64,000 nt of DNA from Thermoproteota archaeon. GTDB lineage: Archaea > Thermoproteota > Thermoprotei > Gearchaeales > Gearchaeaceae. The stretch covers positions 96,001-160,000 of the forward strand of contig JAVVGF010000004.1 of the NCBI GenBank assembly GCA_032249235.1. The letters are read 5' to 3'. The notes below the pieces were generated by a model. That model made no database searches. It saw only the letters and a list, made by a program, of their open reading frames with translations, and was not told the DNA's origin. Numbering within the stretch: position 1 is the stretch's first letter; the number at the start of each line of letters is the position of its first letter. This document shows, piece by piece, positions 40,595 to 51,205 of this stretch. The position numbers and the translations under genes were made by a program.

Positions 40595-42286
40595 TTAGCT
40601 TGGAGGCTGTGTTTTCTTTTCAGGATATACTTGGATCCATCTAAAATCGAATTCATATCCCAGCATTAGTGGTACTTTACCTTTTGCAGCGGGGAAGTCA
40701 ACATAATATGCTTGATATGCTCTTACAACTACATGTTCATAAACGAATATGGAGGGATAAAGATCGAATATATATTTTTGAACTGCTTGATACTTTTGTA
40801 TTCTTGCATTTAGGTCAAGTGTGGAAAGAGCGTCTTCGATCATTTGATCTATTGTTGTAGAATTAAGCCATTCATTTTGTTGCCAAGTGCCTTGAACTCT
40901 TGAATGATATCTATTTGAAAGCATTGATCCAGCTTCTGGATAATCAGTAGCTACAAATATTGAAACAATATGCGGCGAAGTTTCAAACTTTGATAGAGCC
41001 TCTACAACAGATAACCAAGGCTTTTTAACTACATCAACTTTCAATCCTAATTGTTCCATGTTAGATTTGAATAATAGAGCGACTCTTTCTTCCCATGGAA
41101 CTTCAGCAACCCACCAATATTCTATTGGATATTGGTCTAACTTACCCCAGTATTTAGATTTCTTAAGTTCTTCTATTGCTGCTGTTACGTTTCTTGTTAA
41201 AGGTTTATCGGGTTGCCAATAACCTATCAAGGTACTAGGAACAACTCCATAAGCACGCTTCTCGTATGGATTTATATCGCTTATAGCTGAATCATAATCA
41301 AATGCTAAAGCCATTGCTTTCCTTACGTGTATATCATCTGTAGGAGGTTTTTTATTGTTTATCATTAAGTAAAATTCATAAGGTACTGCTAGCTTTGAAA
41401 GTTCAACACCTTTGATCTTAGACATTGCCTCAAGATTTTCCAATGGCTGCCATTGGTCTGTAATTTCAAGTTCTCTATTAGCTATTAAAGTTCTAATTGT
41501 AGAAGGTTCAGTAGTACCTAGCATAACTACTTTATCAGGTGCATTAGGTGCGTATTGACCCCAGTATTTATCAAATTTTACTAAGGTAACTGATTCTCCT
41601 CTTTTATATTCAGCTAATTTATAAGGACCTGAACCTGCATCTGCAACTCCAGACATTAACCAATCTCTACCATAATCTCCCATATCACCATAAGGTCCTG
41701 GCTTTTTAATGTTCGCTTTAACTAATTCGCTATCTACTATATAGAGCCTCAATAATGCATAAAGGAAAGGACCGAAAGGTTTGCTGAGCACAATCTGGAT
41801 TGTAGTATTATCTATTACTTTAGTTTTATCGAGATCTACATAAGGTTTTAATAGATATGCATATCCTTCACCCATAGTTATTAATCTTCTTAATGAAAAG
41901 TCTACGTCATAAGCTGTTAAGCTTCTTCCGCTATGGAATTTTACATCATTTCTTAAATGGAATGTCCAAGTTAGACCGTCAGGAGAAACTTCCCAACTTT
42001 TAGCTACATTTGGAACCAGTGTATTATTAGCAAGCGGATATACGAGTGTATCATAAACATTGACTAAATATACAGTACTCGCCTCATCGGAGCCTACAGC
42101 AGGATCTAGATAGGGTACATTCGCAAAAGAAACTCTTAGTAACTTTTCTGCTGCTGGGGCTTGTGTAGGTGCTCTATAAAGGTAAATATATGCTACAACT
42201 CCTCCTACGATGACTATTGCTAGTATAATTAAAACAACAGCTATTCTAGAGATCGCACGCAAATTGGGCTTATTTATTTTATGCAT
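40595..42286 (-). CDS. Dpp/Opp substrate-binding protein with class III signal peptide
   Basis: SBP family 5 motifs (LDPA, WTFHLR..VKFH.G, GSGPY). N-terminal RA/IS. Confidence 0.92.
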   Translation of the reverse strand: MHKINKPNLRAISRIAVVLIILAIVIVGGVVAYIYLYRAPTQAPAAEKLLRVSFANVPYLDPAVGSDEASTVYLVNVYDTLVYPLANNTLVPNVAKSWEVSPDGLTWTFHLRNDVKFHSGRSLTAYDVDFSLRRLITMGEGYAYLLKPYVDLDKTKVIDNTTIQIVLSKPFGPFLYALLRLYIVDSELVKANIKKPGPYGDMGDYGRDWLMSGVADAGSGPYKLAEYKRGESVTLVKFDKYWGQYAPNAPDKVVMLGTTEPSTIRTLIANRELEITDQWQPLENLEAMSKIKGVELSKLAVPYEFYLMINNKKPPTDDIHVRKAMALAFDYDSAISDINPYEKRAYGVVPSTLIGYWQPDKPLTRNVTAAIEELKKSKYWGKLDQYPIEYWWVAEVPWEERVALLFKSNMEQLGLKVDVVKKPWLSVVEALSKFETSPHIVSIFVATDYPEAGSMLSNRYHSRVQGTWQQNEWLNSTTIDQMIEDALSTLDLNARIQKYQAVQKYIFDLYPSIFVYEHVVVRAYQAYYVDFPAAKGKVPLMLGYEFDFRWIQVYPEKKTQPPS

Positions 42287-42646
42287 ATATATATAGTAAA
42301 AATAGTATATATAAATCTTTCAAGATTATCCGCCCAAACTAACTAATTTTAAAGTTAAATTCAATGATTGTGAGTAATTTTTCTCTATAATGAATTATGT
42401 TAAGCAAAAATAAGAATTATATCTTTTTATTCTAATTCCAACTAATTGAACTCTATTAATATTTTTTATCTAGTTTAAGTTTTTAGCCAATAATATTTTA
42501 AAAAAGAAAACTTTTTAAACTGTAATAAAATTATTTACCCCTATAGGTTTAAACTAAAGTTATTTTTAAAATTCTTCTATTTTCAGGTTAACCATAAATC
42601 AGCTAGCTTTATATACAAATAATTAAATAATCAAGATTATAAGAAT

Positions 42647-44710
42647 ATGCCACTGCGTCTAGGAATTGATATCGGTGGAGCTTTCACGGATCTCGTCGCA
42701 TACGATGAAGAAAGCGGTAGTCTAATTTGGACTAAAGTAGAGACTACGCCAAAGGATTTGTCTCAAGGTGTATTAAATTCAATTCAAGCAAGCGGGATAA
42801 ATCTTTCAAATGTAAGAATGATCGTTCACGGTCAAACATTGATCATAAATTCCATAGTAACTAGAGAAGGAGCTAAAGTTGGTTTGATGACAACTTGGGG
42901 TCATAGAGATATATTAGAATTGCAAAGAGCTAATAGGCGAGATATATACAATTTTAGATATAAAAAGCCTGTCCATTTCGTTCCTAGACGTTTATCTTTA
43001 GAAATTAGAGAACGCATAGGAGGAGACGGCTCCATAATTGTTCCTTTAAATAGTGAGGATGTTAAAAGTGCAGTTGAGAAATTTTTACAAGAAGGTGTAG
43101 AATCGATATGTGTTAGTTTTCTCAATTCTTATATTAATCCTACGCATGAAATCGAAGCTGCAAAAACAATAAAGGAAGTTTTAAATTCTAAGGGTAAACA
43201 TGTTCATATAACTTTATCGCATGAAATAACTAGAGAATGGGGGGAATATGAGAGAACGAGTACAGCAGTCTTAAATGCTTTTGTTAAGCCTAAATGGATA
43301 AATTATTTATCAAAATTAGAAAAAGAAACGAAGAAAAGAGGCTTTCACGGATCTTTTTTCCTTATGCTATCCAACGGCGGTATGTCTCTTATGAATTTTA
43401 TCAAAGAATATCCTATATATACCGTAGAATCTGGGCCTGTTGCAGGTGTAATAGGAGGTATAGCAATTGCTGAATTCTTAAATGAAAGAAATATTATAGT
43501 ATTAGATGGCGGAAGTACTACTACTAAGGCTAGTCTGATCGAAGGTCTTGTTCCAAGAATTAATACCGAATATTTCATTGGAAGAGACAAATTCAATCCA
43601 GGATATCCGGTCAAAGTTCCTACAGTTGAAATTGCTGAAGTTGGAAATGGTGGTACAAGCATTGCATGGATTGATGAAATAGGAAGACTTAGAGTAGGAC
43701 CAAAGGCTATGGGAGCTGATCCTGGTCCTGCATGTTATGGAAAAGGAGGTGATAAACCTACAGTTACAGATGCATACGTTGTTAACAGGTTGATCAATCC
43801 AAATTACTTATTAGGTGGTGAAATGAAGATATATAGAGATTTGGCTATTAAGGTTGTAAAAAATATTGCAGAATATTATAATGTTTCAGTTGAGGAAGCT
43901 GCTGAAGGTATAATTAAGATAGCCAACGAGAATGCCGCAAATGTAATAAGATTAATATCAGTTCAAAAAGGTTATGACCCAAGGGACTTTTCACTAATTG
44001 CTCATGGAGGAGCAGGGCCTATGTTTGCTCCTTTCATTGCAGAAGAACTTGAGATTAAGAAAATTATAGTGCCTGCAATTCCACCAGGCGTATTTTCTGC
44101 TTGGGGTATGCTTTTAACTGATGTAAAACACGATGTAATCATCACAAATATTGTAGAAGTAAAAGATGATACAATTGAAAATATAAACAAAACATTTCAT
44201 GAAGTTGATAAAAAATTATTGGCAATTTTTGAGGAAGAAAACTTCCAAGTAAAGGATGTTTTATTATATCATTATGCAGATATGAGATATAAAGGTCAGG
44301 AACATACTGTTAAAGTGCCTTTAAACACTGGAGAAATTAAGAATGAAGATATTCCTATAATAATTGAAAGATTCCATGAATATCATGAAAGGGCTTATAG
44401 TTTCAGACTTCCAAATAGTCCAGTTCAGATTGTTAATTTCCACGGTATGGGTATAGTAAAAGTTAAAAGACCTCCATTGAAAGAAAGAATAATTGATACT
44501 AAGATTGATGAAGCGATAAAGGAGACAAGAGAGGTATATATATACGGTGATTATAAACAACTTCCTGTATATGATAAACAAAAGCTACCTACAAATTTGA
44601 AGCTTTTAGGACCAGCTGTTATAGAGGATCCGACATCTACTATACTTGTGTTAATGAACCAGGAATTTTTTAAGGATAAATACGGTAATCTAATAATCCA
44701 TAAGAGGTAA
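42647..44710 (+). CDS. hyuA: hydantoinase/oxoprolinase subunit A
   Basis: IDIGGAFTD, EYERTST, SGPVAG, GADPGPACY and GGAGP motifs. Confidence 0.92.
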   Translation: MPLRLGIDIGGAFTDLVAYDEESGSLIWTKVETTPKDLSQGVLNSIQASGINLSNVRMIVHGQTLIINSIVTREGAKVGLMTTWGHRDILELQRANRRDIYNFRYKKPVHFVPRRLSLEIRERIGGDGSIIVPLNSEDVKSAVEKFLQEGVESICVSFLNSYINPTHEIEAAKTIKEVLNSKGKHVHITLSHEITREWGEYERTSTAVLNAFVKPKWINYLSKLEKETKKRGFHGSFFLMLSNGGMSLMNFIKEYPIYTVESGPVAGVIGGIAIAEFLNERNIIVLDGGSTTTKASLIEGLVPRINTEYFIGRDKFNPGYPVKVPTVEIAEVGNGGTSIAWIDEIGRLRVGPKAMGADPGPACYGKGGDKPTVTDAYVVNRLINPNYLLGGEMKIYRDLAIKVVKNIAEYYNVSVEEAAEGIIKIANENAANVIRLISVQKGYDPRDFSLIAHGGAGPMFAPFIAEELEIKKIIVPAIPPGVFSAWGMLLTDVKHDVIITNIVEVKDDTIENINKTFHEVDKKLLAIFEEENFQVKDVLLYHYADMRYKGQEHTVKVPLNTGEIKNEDIPIIIERFHEYHERAYSFRLPNSPVQIVNFHGMGIVKVKRPPLKERIIDTKIDEAIKETREVYIYGDYKQLPVYDKQKLPTNLKLLGPAVIEDPTSTILVLMNQEFFKDKYGNLIIHKR

Positions 44711-44715
44711 GAGGC

Positions 44716-46458
44716 ATGACCATAGATCCTTTCACTTTAGAAATAATTAAAAATGCGTTTGTAGTAGCCAATGAAGAGATGTTTCAAGCTTGGGCTAGAA
44801 CTGCCAAAAGCCCAGTCATTTATGAGGTTTTAGATTTTGCTGTAGCGATAACAAACAACGATGGCGATTTAATAGCTGAAGCACCTGGTGTTCCAGGATT
44901 TTCAGGAGTCTTAGATTTCGCTGTTAAAGAAGTCTTAGAGAAATGGAGGCATGATTTAGCACCAGGCGATGTAATTGCTAATAATATTCCATATGATTCT
45001 GGCACCCATCTTAATGATGTAACTTTAGTTGCGCCTATATTTTATAAAGATGAATTAATTGGGTTTACTGCAACAAAGGGTCATTGGAGTGAAGTAGGAG
45101 GGATGGCTTTTGGTAGCTGGAATCCTCACTCTACTGAAATATATCAAGAAGGCCTTCAACTTCCATGTGTAAAGTTATATAAAAACGGAAAACCTGATAA
45201 GGACGTCATAGATATAATTGTTACAAATTCAAGATTGCCTGATTATACGCTGGGCGACATGGAATCTCAAGTTGCTTCAATGAGAGTTGCTTCTCGTAGG
45301 GTCATAGGACTTGTTGAAAAGTACGGTTTAGAAAAGGTATTACTTGCTATGAAGAAATTAGTTGAGGATGGGGAAAGACTTGCTTTATTAAGGCTTCGAG
45401 AACTTCCTAAAGGTACGTTTGAAGCTGAGGATTATATTGATAGTGCTATTGCAGGAACCAATGAACCTGCATACGTAAAGGTAAAGGTAACAATAACAGA
45501 TAGAGAGTTTATAGCAGATTTCACAGGAAGTTCAAAGCAGGTACCAAGTCCTATAAATTCTCCATTTCCTGCCACTGTGGCAGGAGTAAAAGAATTATTC
45601 TTGGCTATAACAAATCCTCATTCGCCTCCCAATTCCGGTCTTTTCAAACCGGTTAAAGTAATTGCTCCAAGAGGTAGTGTTTTCCATCCAATTCGCCCAG
45701 CTCCAACATCTACTTATTGGGAAGCCATGGCTGTAGCTACTGATTTGGTTTGGAAAGCTTTAGCACCACATGTTCCAGATAAGCTTACAGCTGGTCATTT
45801 TGTTTCAATAATAGCAACTATTGTTGGAGGTATTAATGATAAGACAGGAGAACCTTTCGCAATCGTTGAACCCCAACCAGGAGGATGGGGAGCAGGTTAT
45901 GATATGGATGGTACTAGTGGTTTAGTAGCATGCGGAGATGGTGAAACATATATCGCATCATCAGAAGTTTACGAAAAGAACTTCCCTATATTAGTAGAAA
46001 GATATTTATTAAATACTCAAGATGGCGTAGGTCATGGAAAATATAGAGGCGGATTTGGCGTTATCAGAGAATATAGAATTTTAAATAGCCAAGCATTGGT
46101 AACTATTCAAGTAGGCAGACATGATTTTCCACCTTGGGGCGTTAATGGTGGTTTGAATGGTCCTGGAAATAAAGTTGTAATATTTAAACAAGGAGAAGAA
46201 CCAAAAGAAGTTAGGAGATTAACCGCTGAAGTATTTAAGAGAGGCGATCTTATAAGCATAAGAACGAGTGGGGGTGGAGGATGGGGTGATCCTTTAGAAA
46301 GAGACCCCAAGTTAGTACTAGAAGATTATAAGAATGACTTAATAACCCTTGATATAGCCGCTCAAATATATGGAGTAATTATAGATCCTGTTAATAATGA
46401 AATAGACTGGGAAAAGACAAAAGAACAGAGAGAAAAATTAAGAAAGAAGAGAAGTTAA
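44716..46458 (+). CDS. hyuB: hydantoinase/oxoprolinase subunit B
   Basis: IDPFTLEII, GTHLND, H..EVGG, EIYQEG, G.YRGG.G and GGGGWGDP motifs. Confidence 0.92.
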   Translation: MTIDPFTLEIIKNAFVVANEEMFQAWARTAKSPVIYEVLDFAVAITNNDGDLIAEAPGVPGFSGVLDFAVKEVLEKWRHDLAPGDVIANNIPYDSGTHLNDVTLVAPIFYKDELIGFTATKGHWSEVGGMAFGSWNPHSTEIYQEGLQLPCVKLYKNGKPDKDVIDIIVTNSRLPDYTLGDMESQVASMRVASRRVIGLVEKYGLEKVLLAMKKLVEDGERLALLRLRELPKGTFEAEDYIDSAIAGTNEPAYVKVKVTITDREFIADFTGSSKQVPSPINSPFPATVAGVKELFLAITNPHSPPNSGLFKPVKVIAPRGSVFHPIRPAPTSTYWEAMAVATDLVWKALAPHVPDKLTAGHFVSIIATIVGGINDKTGEPFAIVEPQPGGWGAGYDMDGTSGLVACGDGETYIASSEVYEKNFPILVERYLLNTQDGVGHGKYRGGFGVIREYRILNSQALVTIQVGRHDFPPWGVNGGLNGPGNKVVIFKQGEEPKEVRRLTAEVFKRGDLISIRTSGGGGWGDPLERDPKLVLEDYKNDLITLDIAAQIYGVIIDPVNNEIDWEKTKEQREKLRKKRS

Positions 46459-46643
46459 TTTACATGCTTTCTAAACTTTATTTTTAAATTAACAATTGAT
46501 CCTTCTAAATGTAATAAAAAATATTTTTTTGATTAAAATATTTTAAATAAGATAATAATATTAGATATGTTGTTTCATATTTCTTAAATTTGATAAACTA
46601 TTGCTTGAGAGTCTTTATATATGATATTTTATTTATAATAGAT

Positions 46644-47411
46644 ATGATTAAAATACTTTGGATAAATCCAGTAGGTACAACTGATTTTGATGAAGCGATC
46701 AAGGAATACTTAGAAAAAATTAAAAGACCTGAAACAGTAGTAAATGTTGCTTCATTAAGTAGAGGGCCAAAGCATTTAGAGTATAGGTATTATGAGGCAT
46801 TAGTACTTCCTGACACTTTACATTTGATTAAAAAAGCGGAAAAAGAAGGTTATGATGCAGCTATAATTGGTTGCTTCTATGATCCTGGCCTTCATGATGC
46901 AAGGGAAATAGTAGATAAAATGATCGTAACTGCACCTGCTGAAGCGTGTTTGCATATCGCTGCAACTTTAGGTCATAAATTTTCAATAATAGTAGGCAGA
47001 GATAAATGGATCCCTCAAATGATGGATACAGTTATAATTTACGGCTTAAAAGATAAGCTTGCTTCTTTTAAGTCTGTAGATTTAGGCGTTTATGATTTTC
47101 ATAAAGATGAGAATCTTACAATTCAAAGATTGAAAAATGCCGCAAAGGAAGCTGTAGAAAAGGATGGGGCTGAAGTTATAATATTAGGTTGTACTATTCA
47201 ATTTGGTTTTTATAAGGAACTTCAAGAATATATCGAAGTGCCTGTTATCGATTCTGTAATTGCCCCATTTAAATATGCTGAATTCCTAGTTGAGTTGAGA
47301 AATAGATTCGGTTGGTCGCATAGTAAGAAATATGCTTTTGAAAAACCTCCGATATCAGAAATTAAGCAATGGAAATTAGAAGAACAATATAATGTAAAAG
47401 ATTTGTGGTAA
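46644..47411 (+). CDS. Asp/Glu/hydantoin racemase family
   Basis: KILWINP, GCFYDPG and ILGCT (two catalytic Cys). Start moved to 46644. Confidence 0.88.
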   Translation: MIKILWINPVGTTDFDEAIKEYLEKIKRPETVVNVASLSRGPKHLEYRYYEALVLPDTLHLIKKAEKEGYDAAIIGCFYDPGLHDAREIVDKMIVTAPAEACLHIAATLGHKFSIIVGRDKWIPQMMDTVIIYGLKDKLASFKSVDLGVYDFHKDENLTIQRLKNAAKEAVEKDGAEVIILGCTIQFGFYKELQEYIEVPVIDSVIAPFKYAEFLVELRNRFGWSHSKKYAFEKPPISEIKQWKLEEQYNVKDLW

Positions 47412-47434
47412 TTTAAATAAGTAAAATTCAGTGT

Positions 47435-48415
47435 ATGGAGAATAATATTTTAGAAGTAACGAATCTGAAAAAATATTTCCCTACGCCAAGAGGATTGGTT
47501 AGAGCTGTTGATAGAATTAATTTTTTTGTTGGAAAAGGAGAAACTTTAGCTTTGGTAGGTGAGTCAGGTTCTGGTAAGACAACTACGGGCCATCTAATTA
47601 TGGGCTTCTATACGCCTGATGAAGGATCCATTCTTCTTAACGGTATTAATATAGCCATTCCTATTGAAAAGAGACCTAGAGAATTGAAGAAAATGATACA
47701 AATTGTCTTCCAAGACCCTGGATCTTCATTAAATCCAAAAAGGACTGTAAAGGATATTATAGAGGAACCTTTAAAAATACATGAGAATCTATCTAAAAAT
47801 GAAAGATTTAAACGAATTTTAGAAATATTAAACTATGTTGGTCTTTCTGAAGATTATCTATTTAAAAAGCCAGTCGAATTAGGAGGCGGTGAAAAACAAT
47901 TAGTAGCTATAGCAAGAGCTATCTCTCCTAATCCTTCTTTTATTATATTAGATGAAGCAACATCTGCATTAGATGTTTCTGCACAAGCAAGAGTTCTTAA
48001 AACGCTTTATAACATTCAAAAAGAATTCAATGTGTCTTATCTATTAATAACTCATGATTTAAGCGTTGTAAGAAATGTTTCAAATAGAGTATGCATTATG
48101 TATCTAGGTCAAATAGTTGAATCTGCTTCTACAGAGGAATTTTTTAAAAATCCATTGCATCCTTATACTCAAATGCTTCTATCATCCATACCTGTCATTT
48201 CTGATGAAGAAGCCCAATTGATACCTAAGAAGATAGAATCGAGAGGAGAAATACCTAGCGCAACCAAACCTCCTCCAGGTTGTAGATTTCATCCCAGATG
48301 TCCGTTTGCGATGGAGATATGTAAAGAAAAAGAACCGCCAGAATTTAAGATAAGTAAAGAATCCAACGGGGGATCTCATACGGTGAAATGCTGGTTATAT
48401 GCTGAGCAAAGTTAA
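47435..48415 (+). CDS. Dpp/Opp ABC ATPase (DppF-like)
   Basis: GESGSGKT, FQDP, LDEATSALD and GCRFHPRCP motifs. Confidence 0.93.
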   Translation: MENNILEVTNLKKYFPTPRGLVRAVDRINFFVGKGETLALVGESGSGKTTTGHLIMGFYTPDEGSILLNGINIAIPIEKRPRELKKMIQIVFQDPGSSLNPKRTVKDIIEEPLKIHENLSKNERFKRILEILNYVGLSEDYLFKKPVELGGGEKQLVAIARAISPNPSFIILDEATSALDVSAQARVLKTLYNIQKEFNVSYLLITHDLSVVRNVSNRVCIMYLGQIVESASTEEFFKNPLHPYTQMLLSSIPVISDEEAQLIPKKIESRGEIPSATKPPPGCRFHPRCPFAMEICKEKEPPEFKISKESNGGSHTVKCWLYAEQS

Positions 48416-48432
48416 TTTTATAAAGAAACTAG

Positions 48433-49107
48433 CTACTTTCCATATCTTGAATTGTAAAGGTTGAGTTTAATTAATGATTCAGCAACTTTAATTGCTGCAC
48501 CAAAAGGGTCTATAACAGGAAGTTCGATATTATCTTGAATTTCTTTAGCCAATCCTGCAAGGGCTGTACAACCGAGTATTATTACTTCGCAACCTTTCTT
48601 GTTTGCTTTAATTGATTCTTCAATTATTAGTTTCTTAGTATATTCAATATTTTCATCAATATCCAAAACTCCAATCGGTATACCGCTTATATGAATAACG
48701 TAATCTTTGAAATTCAATTCGTTTACTCTATCCTCAATCATCCAAATCGCCTTATCATTTACAGTAATGATCCCTATTTTCTTTCCAATGATTGAAGCTA
48801 ATGCTAAAGATGCCTCGCAAGGTCCTACTACTGGGATCTTTATGATCCCTTTTAAAAGGCTTACTGCAGGATCGAGAAAACAGTTAACTATTATAGCGTT
48901 ATAGGCTTTCCAATTTTTGATTGCAAATTTAACTATTAGCGGGATGGCTTCAGCTTCATCCTCTGGTGTTTCAATGCTTAATGGACCCTCTTGAAAAGAG
49001 AAAACATCGATGAGTGTATCTTTCGAAGCAATCTCCTTAGCTAGAATCGTATCTTTCTTATCCCATTTATTTGTTTTGACAGGATTAATAATCAAAATTT
49101 TCATCAT
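48433..49107 (-). CDS. Asp/Glu/hydantoin racemase family
   Basis: KILIINP, NCFLDP and LGCT motifs. Confidence 0.88.
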   Translation of the reverse strand: MMKILIINPVKTNKWDKKDTILAKEIASKDTLIDVFSFQEGPLSIETPEDEAEAIPLIVKFAIKNWKAYNAIIVNCFLDPAVSLLKGIIKIPVVGPCEASLALASIIGKKIGIITVNDKAIWMIEDRVNELNFKDYVIHISGIPIGVLDIDENIEYTKKLIIEESIKANKKGCEVIILGCTALAGLAKEIQDNIELPVIDPFGAAIKVAESLIKLNLYNSRYGK

Positions 49108-50207
49108 GGTAAGTTTTTCTTTATTAATTCTTCAACAGGAATATAATCATAGTTAAAACCAAAATGTTTTGGACCAAATAATTCTAGTCCTTTAGGGGTT
49201 CTCCAAACTTCAGGCGCACGCGTTGCAATTGCATTTATCAACATTCCTTCTTTTAATTCTGTATTGGTGATTGGGGTACCGTCATTTTTTAAAAATGCAA
49301 GCAAATCTGGAGGCATCAGTACTGGCTTTTCATCAATCCATGCCATTATGTGCTCGTTCATTATCCATGATCTAAGAAGGCGGCCTCGAAAATTCCCAAC
49401 CCCTTCAACAAAAGCTTCACCTCTAAGGAAACCTCCTTTATTTTCCCATATATACCTTTTAACTATTCCTTCGAATATTTTCCATCCTTTCAAATACTCC
49501 ACGACAGCTTCTACGGGGTTGGCATTTTTTCTTCTAGCTTCCAAAACTGTTTCACCTAATTTTAGAGCATATGTTATAGTCTTGGGAATGACGGCTTTTT
49601 TTGCATCTTCAATTCCCATAGGCGTATCAACCACTGCAGCATATGTTCCCTCTAGAACAGAAAGATATCTTGCTATGGCTTCATAATCGTCGATGTCAGA
49701 ATACTCCTTGACAATTATTACGTTTCCACTTTTAGTAACTATTACAGCTGGATACATTGGTATTCCGAATATATGAACAGTACATTGATGTAATTCTGGT
49801 GCTGCTCTACCTAGTAAATCTCCATTTATCGCTGGTAATTTCATCTCTGAAGCAATATATAATGCTGCAGGAGTATTGGAGCCTCCCAATTCGCTCGCAA
49901 CAACTGCTTGAATTCTTTTACCTAGTAATTTCTCCATTTCTATAAATGCTCTTTTTATTGGTTCTATTATTTTAGAAGGCTTTTTTGAAATTGTCCCAGG
50001 CGCTACTGAGCCTACATTATAAGGTACGACAATCAAAGCATCGTTCGTTAATTCATTCACTTCTATTAATTTTATGCTACGGCCGCTTTCAATGATATTT
50101 CTTAACATTTTAAGTCCTTCATTAGGATCTCCTCCACCTCCTGTCCCAAGAATTGTCAATCCAATGACTAAACTTTCTACTTGGTTCAGACTACTTATTT
50201 CTATCAT
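49104..50207 (-). CDS. DUF917 family protein
   Basis: LGTGGGG, ELGGSN, GDLLGRAAPEL, NEH and PPDL motifs. Hydantoinase context. Confidence 0.85.
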   Translation of the reverse strand: MIEISSLNQVESLVIGLTILGTGGGGDPNEGLKMLRNIIESGRSIKLIEVNELTNDALIVVPYNVGSVAPGTISKKPSKIIEPIKRAFIEMEKLLGKRIQAVVASELGGSNTPAALYIASEMKLPAINGDLLGRAAPELHQCTVHIFGIPMYPAVIVTKSGNVIIVKEYSDIDDYEAIARYLSVLEGTYAAVVDTPMGIEDAKKAVIPKTITYALKLGETVLEARRKNANPVEAVVEYLKGWKIFEGIVKRYIWENKGGFLRGEAFVEGVGNFRGRLLRSWIMNEHIMAWIDEKPVLMPPDLLAFLKNDGTPITNTELKEGMLINAIATRAPEVWRTPKGLELFGPKHFGFNYDYIPVEELIKKNLP

Positions 50208-50254
50208 AATTACTCATTAATGATAAAAGAGATAAATATAAAGAAACGACTAAC

Positions 50255-51205
50255 TTAATAAAGCCAGCAACTTACGAAGTGTTCATTCCCCACTTTGATC
50301 AATTTAGGTTCATTTTTAATACATCTTTCAAAGGAATAAGGACATCTAGGATGAAATCTACAACCTGATGGGATATTTATAGCGCTTTGTAGCTCCCCTT
50401 GTAAAGTAATCCTTTCTAGTTTCTTTATTCCAGGTTCGGGTATTGCAGATAAAAGAGCCTGAGTATAAGGATGCAAAGGATTTTCAAATATTTCTTCTGA
50501 AGGTGCATACTCTACAATTTTACCTAAATACATCACAGCAACATAGTCACTAATATATCTAACTATAGATAAATCGTGAGTTATTAAAAGATAAGAAAGC
50601 TTAAATTCCCTTTTTAAATCGATTAGCAAATTTAGTATTTGTGCTTGAATAGAAACATCAAGAGCAGATGTAGGCTCGTCTAGAATTACCAGTTTAGGTT
50701 TGATGATTAATGCTCTAGCAATTGCAACTCTTTGGACTTGCCCTCCACTGAGCTCATAAGGAGTTCTTTTAGCAATTTCCTTTTGTAAACCGACTTTATT
50801 TAAAAATTGGTTTACTTCTTCTTTTATTTCCTCTTCATCCAAGTCTGAATGTATTTTCAACGGCTCTGCGATGATTGATTCTACCTTCATACGTGGATTC
50901 AAAGAAAGAAATGGATTTTGGAATACTGCTTGTACGTTTTTTCTATACCATTTGATTTCATTTCCTTTTAGTTTAAAAACATCTTTTCCTTCAAATAAAA
51001 TATTTCCTGCGGTGGGTTTTTCAAGTCTAAGAATGCATCTAGCTGTAGTTGTTTTCCCAGAACCTGATTCCCCAACAAGCGCTAAGACGCTATTTTCTTT
51101 TATTAAAAGATCAATACCGTCAACAGCTCTTACATAATCTATAATCTTGCCGAATATACCTTTTTTTATAGGAAAATATTTAACTAAATTTTCAACTTTA
51201 AGCAT
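50255..51205 (-). CDS. Dpp/Opp ABC ATPase (DppF-like)
   Basis: GESGSGKT, LSGGQVQR and DEPTSALD motifs. Start placed at MLKVENL. Confidence 0.93.
   Translation of the reverse strand: MLKVENLVKYFPIKKGIFGKIIDYVRAVDGIDLLIKENSVLALVGESGSGKTTTARCILRLEKPTAGNILFEGKDVFKLKGNEIKWYRKNVQAVFQNPFLSLNPRMKVESIIAEPLKIHSDLDEEEIKEEVNQFLNKVGLQKEIAKRTPYELSGGQVQRVAIARALIIKPKLVILDEPTSALDVSIQAQILNLLIDLKREFKLSYLLITHDLSIVRYISDYVAVMYLGKIVEYAPSEEIFENPLHPYTQALLSAIPEPGIKKLERITLQGELQSAINIPSGCRFHPRCPYSFERCIKNEPKLIKVGNEHFVSCWLY

Noticed and set aside
42285-42312. (TA)n microsatellite as a phase-variable promoter element
   Set aside because: Short, and expected by chance in very AT-rich DNA.
37740-48340. Similar DNA stretches (GATTTCATCCCAGATGTCC) at about 37.8 kb and 48.3 kb as an inverted repeat
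   Set aside because: Explained by the conserved GCRFHPRCP motif of paralogous ABC ATPases.
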